A stretch of DNA of 56,373 nucleotides. Origin: Pseudohongiellaceae bacterium (GTDB lineage Bacteria; Planctomycetota; B15-G4). The position numbers were made by a program, and so were the translations under genes. Shown here piece after piece: positions 1 through 9,090 of this stretch. The notes beneath the pieces are model-generated. The model was not told where the DNA came from. It saw only the letters and a list, made by a program, of their open reading frames with translations, and did not search any database. The stretch spans positions 1 through 56,373 of the forward strand of contig JBLIMM010000001.1 of assembly GCA_047638635.1 (NCBI GenBank), written 5' to 3'. The stretch's first letter is position 1. Each line of letters starts with the position of its first letter.

Positions 1-245
<245 letters not shown>

Positions 246-290
246 TCATTCGCTCCTAATTTCTTACAAAAACCGGTTTTTCCAGGGCCT

Positions 291-1784
291 ATGTTCGAGT
301 CTCTCTCAGAACGTCTCACGAAAGTCTTCTCAAGCCTGACCGGCTCCGGGAAGCTGTCCGACTCCAATATGGATGCGGCGCTAGACGAGATCCGTGCAGC
401 GCTTCTTGAAGCCGACGTTCATTTTCGGGTCGCCAAAGATCTGATCGAACGGGTCCGGGCTGCTGCCGAAGGCACTGAAGTCACGGCGAAGATCAAGCCG
501 GGCGAGATGTTGATCAAGGTGTTCCACGATGAGCTCGTGGACATGATGACCAGCGAGGGCGAGCCGCTGACCTTCGCGGCCGGGCGCCCGACCGTGATTC
601 TGATGGCTGGCCTGCAGGGCGCTGGTAAAACCACCACCTCGGCCAAGCTCGCTGTCCATTTGCGCAAGACCAAGAAGCGCAAACCGCTGCTGGTGGCTGC
701 TGATATTCAGCGCCCCGCGGCTGTCGACCAGCTGCAGCAGCTGGGTGCGGCCAACGATATCCCAGTCTTCCATCAGGCTGGCGAGCCCCCCGAGATCCTG
801 GCCTCCCTGGCCCTCGAAGAAGCTCGCCGCCAGGGTTTCGACACGGTCATTGTCGATACGGCAGGTCGCCTGCACATCGACGACGCCCTCATGGAAGAGC
901 TGAAGCGTATTCGCGCTGCGGTGAACCCAGACAACACGCTGCTCGTCTGCGATGCCATGACCGGCCAGGACGCAGTGCGGTCCGCCGAGGCCTTCCAGAA
1001 GACCCTGCCGCTCGACGGTGTGGTGCTGACCAAACTCGACGGTGATTCCCGCGGTGGTGCAGCGCTGTCCGTGCGCCACGTGACCGGAGCTCCCGTGGCC
1101 TTCGTGGGCATGGGCGAGAAGGTCGCAGACCTGCAGGCGTTCCATGCCGACCGGCTGGTGAGCCGTGTGCTGGGCATGGGCGACGTGGTCAGCTTGGTCG
1201 AGAAGGCCCAAGAGGTCGTCGACGAGAAAGAAGCCGAAGACCAGATGCAGCGGATGATGGATGACCGCTTCACTCTGGACGACTTCCTCAAGCAGCTAAG
1301 AGCCATCCGCAAGATGGGCTCTCTCGGCGACCTGATGAGCCACCTGCCGGGCATGCCCGCAGGGATGTCCGATAAGATCGACGACAAGATGATGGATCAT
1401 ACCGAGGCTGTGGTGCTGTCCATGACCCCGGCCGAGCGGCAGCGCCCCGAGCGGATTGATGCTAGCCGTAAACGGCGCATCGCTCGTGGTAGCGGCACTG
1501 CCGTCGATGTAGTCCAGCGCCTGCTCAAGCAGTTTGAGCAGATGCGCAAGATGATGAAACAAATGAAGAAGCAAGGTCTGTTCTCCCGTTTGAAGGGTGC
1601 TGTCACCGGTGGTGGCATGGGCCTGGGAGAGCTGCCCGAAATGGACGGCATGGCAGAGATGGCTGGGGGCCCAGGCGGGCTGCCAGGTATGGCCAAGGCC
1701 CTCCCCAAGAGTTCTTCAGACGACCGACGCAAGAATCGCAAGGCCGAACGAAAACGCAAGAAACAAGGACGGCGTCGCCGCTGA
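291..1784 (+). CDS. ffh: signal recognition particle protein Ffh
   Basis: 497-aa ORF. N-terminus MFESLSERLTKVFSSL...ALLEADV, GTPase motifs GLQGAGKTTT / DTAGR / TKLDGD, and a Met-rich M domain. Ends in an unusually basic tail (RRKNRKAERKRKKQGRRRR). Confidence 0.97.
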   Translation: MFESLSERLTKVFSSLTGSGKLSDSNMDAALDEIRAALLEADVHFRVAKDLIERVRAAAEGTEVTAKIKPGEMLIKVFHDELVDMMTSEGEPLTFAAGRPTVILMAGLQGAGKTTTSAKLAVHLRKTKKRKPLLVAADIQRPAAVDQLQQLGAANDIPVFHQAGEPPEILASLALEEARRQGFDTVIVDTAGRLHIDDALMEELKRIRAAVNPDNTLLVCDAMTGQDAVRSAEAFQKTLPLDGVVLTKLDGDSRGGAALSVRHVTGAPVAFVGMGEKVADLQAFHADRLVSRVLGMGDVVSLVEKAQEVVDEKEAEDQMQRMMDDRFTLDDFLKQLRAIRKMGSLGDLMSHLPGMPAGMSDKIDDKMMDHTEAVVLSMTPAERQRPERIDASRKRRIARGSGTAVDVVQRLLKQFEQMRKMMKQMKKQGLFSRLKGAVTGGGMGLGELPEMDGMAEMAGGPGGLPGMAKALPKSSSDDRRKNRKAERKRKKQGRRRR

Positions 1785-1788
1785 GCGA

Positions 1789-1809
1789 TCGTTCGTTCGT
1801 TCCGTTCGT
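1789..1809. repeat. short (TCGT)n-like simple repeat in the ffh-rpsP spacer
   Basis: tcgt tcgt tcgt tccgt tcgt, read directly from the sequence. Confidence 0.6.
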
Positions 1810-1878
1810 ACCCCTCAATCCAATCGACCGTCGAGTGCCTTCCAGGCAACGGTCAGTGAATAATCAGGAGCAAGACCC

Positions 1879-2235
1879 ATGGCAGTGAAGATTCGCCTGA
1901 AACGTATTGGCCGTCGCAACCGGCCCTTCTACCGCATGTGCGTTTTTGACTCCCGCACGCGCCGTGATGGCCGTCCCATCGAAGAGTTGGGTAGCTATGA
2001 CCCTCGTGGCGCGACGATCGAAGGCAAGGTCAGTCTCGACCTCCCCCGTGCTCACTACTGGCTGACTGTAGGTGCCCAGCCTTCGGAGACCTGCGCTTCG
2101 CTGTTGCGCAAGATGGGTGTTCGCAAGGATGGTCCGGCACCTGAGCCAGCTCCCGTGGCCGAAGCCGTTGTTGCTGCCGATGAGGCACCTGTCGAAGCGG
2201 CAGCCGCCGCCACTTCTGAGACGTCTGAGGAGTAG
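1879..2235 (+). CDS. rpsP: 30S ribosomal protein S16 with Ala/Glu-rich C-terminal extension
   Basis: MAVKIRLKRIGRRNRPFYRMCVFDSRTRRDGR is the canonical S16 N-terminus. An SD-like caggag lies about 8 nt upstream. Confidence 0.95.
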   Translation: MAVKIRLKRIGRRNRPFYRMCVFDSRTRRDGRPIEELGSYDPRGATIEGKVSLDLPRAHYWLTVGAQPSETCASLLRKMGVRKDGPAPEPAPVAEAVVAADEAPVEAAAAATSETSEE

Positions 2236-2241
2236 GCCCTC

Positions 2242-3363
2242 TTGAGCAAGGCGAAGGCGTCCAGTTCGTCCCGAAAGTCGGCAGCTTCTAAGAAGGCTGG
2301 CGGGGCGGCCAAACCAGCTCCGCCCTCCAAGGCGAGCCAGTCGACTGAGTCGGCCAAGGCTGCCAAGGCGGCCAAGAAGACACCAAAGAAGGCGACGAGC
2401 AAGAAGGCCTCCGCCTCCAAGGCGAGCGCCCCAAAGACACCGGCCAAGAAGACGCCAGCTCCCAAGGCGGCTTCCAAGGCGGCTTCCAAGGTTGTGCAGA
2501 TGCCTACGCCCACTCAGAAAGCTGTTGCAGCAGCAAAGAAGCTCGCAGCAGCAGCGTCTCCTCCCAAATCCTCAGCAAAGCCAGCAGCGAAACCCACGGT
2601 GAAAACTCCACCAAAGACAGCCGAGCCTGTCGAAGTCGTCAGTGTTGAGCCCCCCAAGCCTGCACCCAAGCCAGTCAAGCGCTCTACGGCGCCCGCGAAG
2701 CCCAAACGTAAGCGCTCTTCCAAGGTGATCCTGGCCGAGGCCCGTGAGAATCTCGACCGTATCTACGGTCCGATTGCGCTGCCTGAGACCGCTGACATCC
2801 TTGAGAAGGCTGTGTATCTGGTCTTGCGCGAAGGCGGCACCGAACTGACCACAACCAAGGCCATGAAAGCGCTCAAGGCTGAGTTCGTCGACTGGAACGA
2901 AGTGCGTGTTTCTCGCAGCAGTGAACTCGCGCGGCTCATGTCCGGGACGAGTAAGGTCGCGGGTATCCGTCGCTTTCACGAACGGTCCACGCGACTACGC
3001 GAAATGATCGATCAGATCTATGGCGATCGTAACGAGACGTCCCTTGAGTTCTTGCTCGAAGAGAAACCCAAGGGGCAGCTTGAGTACCTCGAAGACTTCG
3101 ATGACCTTGGTCTGCACAACGCCTACGCCCTGGTGCAATGGCTCCACGGGAAGGACGACATTGTCCTGGTCTCGGCAGAAATGGCCTCGGCGGCGAGCAT
3201 GCTGGGGCTGATCGACACTCCGGCGGTAACGAAGGCGAAGAAGTCCCTGAACGAGATGTGCAAGAACCGCATCGACCGGGTGACTTTGGTGGCCCACCTG
3301 AACAAGCTGGGCGACCTTGAGTACAAGGAGTGGCCGTCGGCCATGAAGGAGATGATGAACTGA
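2242..3363 (+). CDS. hypothetical protein: Lys/Ala/Pro-rich histone-H1-like N-terminal tail plus C-terminal helix-hairpin-helix (EndoIII-like, degenerate) domain
   Basis: 373-aa ORF with a TTG start 7 nt after the rpsP stop. Residues 1-165 are low-complexity KAAKKxPKK repeats. The C-terminal 200 aa (ILEKAVYLVLREGG...LGLHNAYALVQWL...VSAEMASAASMLGLID) align by eye to the HhH-GPD fold, without the catalytic Asp or the Fe-S cysteines. Confidence 0.75.
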   Translation: MSKAKASSSSRKSAASKKAGGAAKPAPPSKASQSTESAKAAKAAKKTPKKATSKKASASKASAPKTPAKKTPAPKAASKAASKVVQMPTPTQKAVAAAKKLAAAASPPKSSAKPAAKPTVKTPPKTAEPVEVVSVEPPKPAPKPVKRSTAPAKPKRKRSSKVILAEARENLDRIYGPIALPETADILEKAVYLVLREGGTELTTTKAMKALKAEFVDWNEVRVSRSSELARLMSGTSKVAGIRRFHERSTRLREMIDQIYGDRNETSLEFLLEEKPKGQLEYLEDFDDLGLHNAYALVQWLHGKDDIVLVSAEMASAASMLGLIDTPAVTKAKKSLNEMCKNRIDRVTLVAHLNKLGDLEYKEWPSAMKEMMN

Positions 3364-3974
3364 GTGCCTGGCAGGGGCTGGCGCCTTGGGTTCTAGCCTC
3401 TGCATCCCCGCGCCGTGCCGATCTCTTAGAGCAGGGAGGGCTCTCATTTCGGGTGCACGCTGTCTCCATCGACGAGACTCCGCTGCCCTCAGAATCCCCA
3501 ACGGTTCTCTGTGAGCGCTTGGCGCGGGAGAAGGCTGCTGCTGGCGCAGAACTCTTCCCAGACGAGAGCATTTTGGGTGGGGACACCGTGGTGGCCCTGG
3601 GGGACAAGATCCTGGGCAAGCCCCGGGATCGCCGGGACGCCGAGGGCATGCTGAGGGAGCTCTCGGGGGGCACTCATCAGGTGTTTTCGTCGGTGGCCCT
3701 CTTGGCTGCAGCGCGCCTGGGACCGCCCAACAGCCTGGCTGGTGTGTCGGGTGTCGCTGTCAGCGACGTTCGTTTCGACGATCTCGATGAGTTCACTCTG
3801 CGCACCTATCTCGACGGTGGGGAGTGGGAAGGAAAGGCCGGCGCCTACGGGATTCAAGGGGACGGTGGTGCCTTCGCCCACTTGATCAGCGGTGACAAGG
3901 ACACGGTGGTGGGGCTGCCGATGGCCTTGGTGCTGTCCCTCGCCGACGAACTCCGCGTGCTCACAGATGTGTAG
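3330..3974 (+). CDS. maf: Maf-like nucleoside triphosphate pyrophosphatase
   Basis: VLASASPRRADLLEQGGLSF...GGDTVVALGDKILGKP...AGAYGIQG are typical Maf motifs. ATG 3330 is the only canonical start and overlaps the upstream CDS by 34 nt, so the start is uncertain. Confidence 0.85.
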   Translation: MAVGHEGDDELSAWQGLAPWVLASASPRRADLLEQGGLSFRVHAVSIDETPLPSESPTVLCERLAREKAAAGAELFPDESILGGDTVVALGDKILGKPRDRRDAEGMLRELSGGTHQVFSSVALLAAARLGPPNSLAGVSGVAVSDVRFDDLDEFTLRTYLDGGEWEGKAGAYGIQGDGGAFAHLISGDKDTVVGLPMALVLSLADELRVLTDV

Positions 3975-4032
3975 CTGATCTGCCACCCGCAGACGGTTAC
4001 CCGCAACACGGTTCACGGTTATTGGTGCAACA

Positions 4033-4554
4033 ATGACAACTCTCATGGTGACCGAGCGAACCGCGCTCCCGTGCTGCTCCTGGGTGGCCGTGCTCCGGGC
4101 CTCGCTCTGGGCACTGGTCGTCAGTCTGCCGAGCTGCGCTAAGGAGCCTGTGCTCACTTCTATGCCAGACCGTCACCGGACAGAACTCGTAGTCGCTGGA
4201 CGTGCCGTGATCGTCGAGTTGGCTACAGACGTGCCCACACGCACCCGCGGGATGATGCACCGCACGTCCCTGGGCGCTGACAAGGGCATGCTGTTCATCT
4301 TCGAGGACAGCGCCCCGCGAGTTTTCTGGATGCGCAACACCCTGATCCCCCTCGACATTATTTTTCTCGATGACGACGGGATGGTGATCAACGTGGAGCA
4401 GGCGCCCCCTGCGGTGGAGCGCCCCGGCTTTCACAGCAAGCGCCCCGCACGCTTCGTGCTAGAGCTAAACCGAGGTTGGTCAGAGGAGCACAAGTTGCTA
4501 CCTGGGCAGGTGATTGAGATCTCCAAAGCCCTTCGAGATCGGGCTGAATCTTGA
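4033..4554 (+). CDS. DUF192 (COG1430) family protein, probable lipoprotein or secreted
   Basis: Core TRTRGMMHRTSLGADKGMLFIFED...FWMRNTLIPLDIIFLDDDG matches the DUF192 signature. The N-terminus is hydrophobic, with SLPSC. Confidence 0.8.
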   Translation: MTTLMVTERTALPCCSWVAVLRASLWALVVSLPSCAKEPVLTSMPDRHRTELVVAGRAVIVELATDVPTRTRGMMHRTSLGADKGMLFIFEDSAPRVFWMRNTLIPLDIIFLDDDGMVINVEQAPPAVERPGFHSKRPARFVLELNRGWSEEHKLLPGQVIEISKALRDRAES

Positions 4555-4563
4555 TCTCACAGA

Positions 4564-4591
4564 GGATCAGCCGCACCTGGGGGCTTGATCC
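4564..4591 (+). terminator. possible hairpin downstream of the DUF192 gene
   Basis: ggatcagcc-gcacctgg-ggcttgatcc forms an imperfect 9-bp stem with one bulge. There is no U-tract. Confidence 0.3.
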
Positions 4592-4696
4592 ACGAGAGCA
4601 GTCGCCTAAGATGCGGGGCTTGTTTCACCGGTTAAGTTCTTACTTAGCCCGTGTCCCACGACTTTCTAGCATCCAAGCAGACTATCGAGCGTCATC

Positions 4697-4936
4697 ATGA
4701 AGGCCGACATTCATCCCGATTACGTCGAATGCACCGTGACCTGCGGTTGCGGCAGCGTCTTCACCACTCGTTCCACCACGCCTAAGATCAATGTGGAAAT
4801 CTGCAGCGTCTGCCACCCGTTCTACACGGGTCAGCAGAAGTTCGTGGATACCGCTGGGCGCATCGAGAAGTTCATGCGTCGTTACGGTGCTCGCCAACAG
4901 CCGGCCGAAAAGAAGCCGTCCTCCGACGAGGACTGA
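4697..4936 (+). CDS. rpmE: 50S ribosomal protein L31
   Basis: [27 protein letters not shown]...[13 protein letters not shown] is the canonical Zn-ribbon type L31. Confidence 0.95.
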   Translation: MKADIHPDYVECTVTCGCGSVFTTRSTTPKINVEICSVCHPFYTGQQKFVDTAGRIEKFMRRYGARQQPAEKKPSSDED

Positions 4937-4948
4937 TTGTCGGCCAGG

Positions 4949-6052
4949 ATGACCTCGAGCCCCACCTCGAGCGGTCTCTTTGCGCGCCTGCAGCAATGTG
5001 CTGAGCGCTACAAGGAGCTAGAGGCCCAGTCGGGCGACCCGGAGCTGCACAAAGAGCCCGGGCGTCTGGCAAGCCTCCTCCGCGAAATGGGTGCCCTGCG
5101 TGAGAAGGCCGAGACCTTCGCTACGTGGAGTTCTCTGGCAGAGCGCCGTGAGGCAGCCGAGGTGATGCTTAAAGAAGAGTCCGATGCGGACATTGTGTCT
5201 CTCGCGAGAGACGAGCTGACTGAGGTGCTGGCCGAACAAAAGGTCATGGTGGAGGCCGCGCGGCGACACGTTGCCGATGACGACCCCAACCGTGGCCGCG
5301 ACGTCTTGGTCGAGGTGCGCGCAGGGGCCGGCGGTGACGAAGCCAGTCTCTTCGCTGCCAATCTTGTTCGCGTGTACGGCAAGTTTTGCGAGTCTCACGG
5401 CCTAAAGTTCCAGATCCTCTCGAGCAGCGTGACCGAGGTGGGCGGCTACAAAGAGGTCGTTGTCTCTGTGACGGGCGAGGCCGCTTGGGATCTGCTGCGC
5501 TACGAGTCCGGGGGACATCGCGTGCAACGGGTCCCCGAGACCGAATCCCAAGGCCGTATTCATACCTCAGCAGCCACGGTGGCGGTCCTTCCCGAGGCTG
5601 ACGAGGTCGATGTGGATATGGACGAGGCTGACCTGCGTATCGATACCTATCGAGCCAGCGGCCCCGGCGGGCAGAACGTCAATAAGACCTCGTCGGCCGT
5701 GCGTATCACCCACGTTCCTACCGGGACCGTGGTTCAATGCCAGGACGAATCGAGTCAGCACAAGAACAAAGCCCGCGCGCTGCGTATGCTGCGCACCCGC
5801 ATGAAAGACGCAGCCGATCAGGCCGCTCGAGACATCCAGGCCGCTGAACGGCGGACGCAGATTGGCTCAGGCGACCGCTCGGAGCGCATCCGAACCTATA
5901 ACTACCCCCAGAATCGCGTAACTGATCACCGCATCAAGACCAACTACACCCTTGAGACGGTGATGCTCGGACGACTCGACGATATCGTCGGCGACTTGCG
6001 AGAACGGGACCTGGAGATGAAGCTGGCCGCCCTTGGCGAAGGAGTGACTTGA
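4949..6052 (+). CDS. prfA: peptide chain release factor 1
   Basis: GGQ motif ([21 protein letters not shown]) and the RF1-type tripeptide region [17 protein letters not shown] 4949 is preferred, and TTG 4937 is an alternative start. Confidence 0.95.
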   Translation: MTSSPTSSGLFARLQQCAERYKELEAQSGDPELHKEPGRLASLLREMGALREKAETFATWSSLAERREAAEVMLKEESDADIVSLARDELTEVLAEQKVMVEAARRHVADDDPNRGRDVLVEVRAGAGGDEASLFAANLVRVYGKFCESHGLKFQILSSSVTEVGGYKEVVVSVTGEAAWDLLRYESGGHRVQRVPETESQGRIHTSAATVAVLPEADEVDVDMDEADLRIDTYRASGPGGQNVNKTSSAVRITHVPTGTVVQCQDESSQHKNKARALRMLRTRMKDAADQAARDIQAAERRTQIGSGDRSERIRTYNYPQNRVTDHRIKTNYTLETVMLGRLDDIVGDLRERDLEMKLAALGEGVT

Positions 6053-6053
6053 A

Positions 6054-6932
6054 GTGACTGATCCCGAACAGAACGACCTGCCCGAGCTGGAACTCGACCT
6101 CATCGACACCGTAGGGGAGACCAGTGACGCTGGTGCTCCGAGCGACGGTGCTGAGGTATCGGCCGCTGCTAGCGACACTGCTCCCGACGCCCACGCCGCC
6201 CACGCCGCCAATGAAGCTGTGGTTGAAGCTCCTGCGGTGGTAGAGGCTGCCGCCCCGGCTGGTGCTGACGGCGACCCAGAGCAGGGCCAGTGGGTCTGGC
6301 AATACGGTGCTCCACCTCCGCCTCCCTCCTTTGGTGCGTCGTTCTTCTCAGGGAATGCACTGCCGGAACTCTATCGTTTCTTTGGCTGCGCGCTGCTGGT
6401 CGTCATCGGTTGCTTGCTGCCCTGGGGACCGGTGAGTGAATCCACATCGATGACCCTCGAAGATGGCACGGTGGCTGTGAGTGAGAAGCTCATGTCCGTG
6501 CCCAACATGATCGGCGCCGAGACCACCTTGGGCGCTCTGTCGCTCTTGATCGGTCTTTGGCTGCTGTTCTCGTCTTGCTACAGCATTTACACCCGCCGCC
6601 AGAAGATCTTGCCGGTCTTCCTGATGATCGAACCGGCCATCATCTCCTGGACGAGGCTGCTGGCAACGAACGATCAAGCCGCCGATTTGAGCTTTTTGGA
6701 GATGCTCGACGCCGCCGGTACCGGCGTGCTGCTGACCTTGGTGGGTTCGTCATTCGTGTCGCTGCAGTTCTTCATGGTGGTGGCCAAGGTCACAGCCAAG
6801 AAAGAGGAGAAGGCACCTCGCCGCGCGTCGGCCAAGGCCGCTGAAGAGGGCGCTGACGGCAGCGACAAGAAAAAAGCTGCTGGCAAGAAAGACCCTGGCT
6901 CCAAAGGCAAGCGCGGTCGCAAGAAGAGCTGA
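6054..6932 (+). CDS. hypothetical 4-TM membrane protein (acidic N-terminus, polybasic C-terminus)
   Basis: 292-aa ORF with a GTG start 2 nt after the prfA stop. It has four hydrophobic segments and a KKKAAGKKDPGSKGKRGRKKS tail. I recognise no family. Confidence 0.7.
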   Translation: MTDPEQNDLPELELDLIDTVGETSDAGAPSDGAEVSAAASDTAPDAHAAHAANEAVVEAPAVVEAAAPAGADGDPEQGQWVWQYGAPPPPPSFGASFFSGNALPELYRFFGCALLVVIGCLLPWGPVSESTSMTLEDGTVAVSEKLMSVPNMIGAETTLGALSLLIGLWLLFSSCYSIYTRRQKILPVFLMIEPAIISWTRLLATNDQAADLSFLEMLDAAGTGVLLTLVGSSFVSLQFFMVVAKVTAKKEEKAPRRASAKAAEEGADGSDKKKAAGKKDPGSKGKRGRKKS

Positions 6933-7011
6933 CCAACTTCTGCATGCCTGGGCCCGAGCGCTCCTGCCACGGGCTGGTGACCCAGAGTCTGCCAGGTTAG
7001 AGGCAGAGGTC

Positions 7012-7815
7012 TTGTTGGGGTTCGTCCTCGGCGTCAGCCGAGGGGCGCTGCTCACTCTTGATCAGCTGAGCGACGCAGCGGCTTCTGCGGCGCAGAGCCT
7101 CGTTGACCGACGGGTCGACGAGGGTTTTCCTGTGGCGTACTTGATTGGCCGCAGGGACTTCTACGACTTGTCCCTCACGGTGGATGAGCGGGTGCTCATC
7201 CCTCGTCCCGAGACAGAAACGCTCGTGGAGACTTTCGCGTCTCTGGACGAACGAGGGCGTGTCCCCCCTGGCGCGGTGGTCGACTGGGGGACCGGCAGCG
7301 GTGCTGTAGCCCTGGTGACCGCCCGGCGTCGCCCCGTCTTGGCCATCGATCGATCCTGGGGCGCCTTAGAACTGGCCTCAATCAACGTGGCCGCTTGCCG
7401 TGTTCCAGGGTGGCAGGCGATCCAACTGGCCCGTTGCGACGGGCTGTCGGCCGTTCTGCCCGGCACCCTGGCGGCCGTGTTGGCCAACCCGCCCTACATA
7501 GAGGCGGAAGAGTGGGCGGGGCTCCCAGCGGACGTGCGCCACGAGCCCCTGAGCGCCCTTGTCCCTAGGGGCGGCGACGTGGCGACCTTGTACAGCCGCT
7601 TGGCTGCGGAGGCCGCTGTGGCCCTGAAGCCGGGAGGCTGGCTACTCACCGAGATCGGTTGGACCCAGGGCAGCATGGTCGCCCAGGCCTGTACCCGGGC
7701 AACCCTGAGCTCTGTGGACGTCCTGCAAGATCTGGCAGGCCTTGACCGGGTCGTCGTGGCCCAGCGTCCCGTCGGATCACCGCCGAGGCAGCCCACACGT
7801 CCGAACACGGGCTAA
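7012..7815 (+). CDS. prmC: release factor glutamine N5-methyltransferase PrmC (5' end uncertain)
   Basis: NPPY motif (VLANPPYIE), SAM motif VVDWGTGSGAVAL, and IPRPETE. TTG 7012 is the first canonical start, but PrmC-like sequence continues upstream in frame to about 6940 (see findings). Confidence 0.85.
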   Translation: MLGFVLGVSRGALLTLDQLSDAAASAAQSLVDRRVDEGFPVAYLIGRRDFYDLSLTVDERVLIPRPETETLVETFASLDERGRVPPGAVVDWGTGSGAVALVTARRRPVLAIDRSWGALELASINVAACRVPGWQAIQLARCDGLSAVLPGTLAAVLANPPYIEAEEWAGLPADVRHEPLSALVPRGGDVATLYSRLAAEAAVALKPGGWLLTEIGWTQGSMVAQACTRATLSSVDVLQDLAGLDRVVVAQRPVGSPPRQPTRPNTG

Positions 7816-7877
7816 CCCTCACCATCACCCACGGCGGAGTCTGCGGGAGCCCGGGCAGCTAGGCCCCGTTCACGATT

Positions 7878-8249
7878 CTAGGCAGTCGGATCAGCGGGTT
7901 GACCGTCAGTGCTTTGCTCGCCCAGGAAAACATCGAGGTTCTCCCGGCTGCCGTCGTCCATGTGGGTGAAGAAGATCGCCACCATGAACTGGCCGCCATC
8001 CCGAGGCTCGCTGCGGACCACGGCCCCTCCAGCCTGAAACGGCAGATCGCCCTGGCTTGAAGGCAAGCTCATCTTGATCTCAAGCACCGTCATCTCAGCG
8101 AAAGCGGTGGAAGCCATGCAGGCCACACCGGACTGGCTGATGTCGGTCAGCTTCCCCAGGCCGGCGGCGTCGATGCCAAGCTCGACGTTGCCCTGAATCA
8201 CCATGCGGCGGTGAAGCCGACGTTCCTTGGGGCGGTTCTTGTCAGTCAT
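7878..8249 (-). CDS. PilZ domain protein (predicted c-di-GMP receptor)
   Basis: 123-aa ORF with RxxxR (RRLHRR) and DxSxxG (DISQSG) motifs at the canonical spacing. Confidence 0.8.
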   Translation of the reverse strand: MTDKNRPKERRLHRRMVIQGNVELGIDAAGLGKLTDISQSGVACMASTAFAEMTVLEIKMSLPSSQGDLPFQAGGAVVRSEPRDGGQFMVAIFFTHMDDGSRENLDVFLGEQSTDGQPADPTA

Positions 8250-8491
8250 GGACCTGGGTCTCGTAGGCGCGAAATGGTGCGAGCAGCGTCACGGGACGTC
8301 TCGCCTGACGACACACTACGGCAGCCAGACGGATTTTCCAGCGTGACAGCCGAGCTGCGACAAGATCGTGTGGGGCAGAGAGACTAGGATGCAGAGGCGC
8401 TGACCACCGTGGTCCGCGTCCACACAGCATGGCAACAGCAACGTTCGGCGGCTTCCAGGCAGGCCCCGGCAAGGTCGAAACAAGAGGTCAG

Positions 8492-9088
8492 ATGGCGAGC
8501 TTCAACAAGGTAATCCTCCTAGGCAACCTCACCAGAGATCCCGAAGTGAGGTCACTGCCAAGCGGTCAAACCGTGACCGAACTCGGCATGGCCTGCAATC
8601 GGACCTTCACGGTGGGCGGTCCCGGGGGTGAGAAGAAAGAAGAAGTGACCTACATCGATGTGTCCTTCTGGGGCCGAGCCGGTGAGGTGATTGCGCAGTA
8701 CCTGCATCGAGGAGACCCGATCTTCCTCGAGGGCCGGCTGAACTTCCGTCAGTGGGAAGCCAAGGACGGCAGCAAGCGCAGCAAGCTCTCGGTGACCGGC
8801 GAAAACTTTCAATTCGTTGGCGGTAAGAACGCAGGCCAAGGCGGTGGCCAAGGCGGTGGCCAAGGCGGTGGCCAAGGCGGTGGCCAAGGCGGTGGCCAAG
8901 GCGGTGGCCAAGGCGGTGGCGGTCAAGGTGGCGGTCAAGGTGGCGGTCAAGGTGGCGGCGGATTCGGTGGCCAAGGTGGCGGGGGATTTGGTGGCGGTGG
9001 TCAGCAGGGTGGTCAGCAGGGTGGTCAGCAGGGCGGTCAGCAGGGCGGCGGCGGAGGCATGGAAGGCTTCGACGAGGTTCCGTTCTGA
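8492..9088 (+). CDS. ssb: single-stranded DNA-binding protein
   Basis: MASFNKVILLGNLTRDPEVR OB-fold N-terminus. SD aagagg lies 4 nt upstream of ATG 8492. Contains a Gly/Gln-rich linker and a C-terminal acidic tip, DEVPF. Confidence 0.93.
   Translation: MASFNKVILLGNLTRDPEVRSLPSGQTVTELGMACNRTFTVGGPGGEKKEEVTYIDVSFWGRAGEVIAQYLHRGDPIFLEGRLNFRQWEAKDGSKRSKLSVTGENFQFVGGKNAGQGGGQGGGQGGGQGGGQGGGQGGGQGGGGQGGGQGGGQGGGGFGGQGGGGFGGGGQQGGQQGGQQGGQQGGGGGMEGFDEVPF
8831..9058 (+). repeat. in-frame tandem 12-bp repeats encoding (GGGQ)n / (GGQQ)n in the ssb linker
   Basis: ggccaaggcggt occurs about 7 times, ggcggtcaaggt 3 times and ggtcagcagggt/c 4 times, all read directly. Confidence 0.9.
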
Positions 9089-9090
9089 CC

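Noticed and set aside
268-281. The perfect palindrome AAAAACCGGTTTTT between murA and ffh, as a terminator or operator.
   Set aside because: It would be an AU-only stem with essentially no loop, which is thermodynamically weak. It is a single occurrence in a 45-bp spacer.
381-1211. Long antisense or alternative-frame ORFs throughout the track (for example 381-1211 minus, 11816-12673 minus, 15128-16135 minus, 8552-9385 minus, 55033-56028 plus).
   Set aside because: Each lies entirely within a CDS that has strong family motifs on the other frame or strand. Their translations are Arg/Pro/Gly/Ala-rich low-complexity sequence, typical of spurious ORFs in high-GC DNA.
8429-8491. The N-terminal extension of the ssb ORF (MATATFGGFQAGPGKVETRGQ).
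   Set aside because: The canonical SSB N-terminus (MASFNKVILLGN) begins at ATG 8492 with a good SD. The extension has no homology.
8831-9058. A regularly spaced short repeat array that could be mistaken for a CRISPR array.
   Set aside because: The repeats are contiguous 12-mers with no spacers. They are in frame inside ssb and encode the Gly/Gln linker. No cas genes are present.
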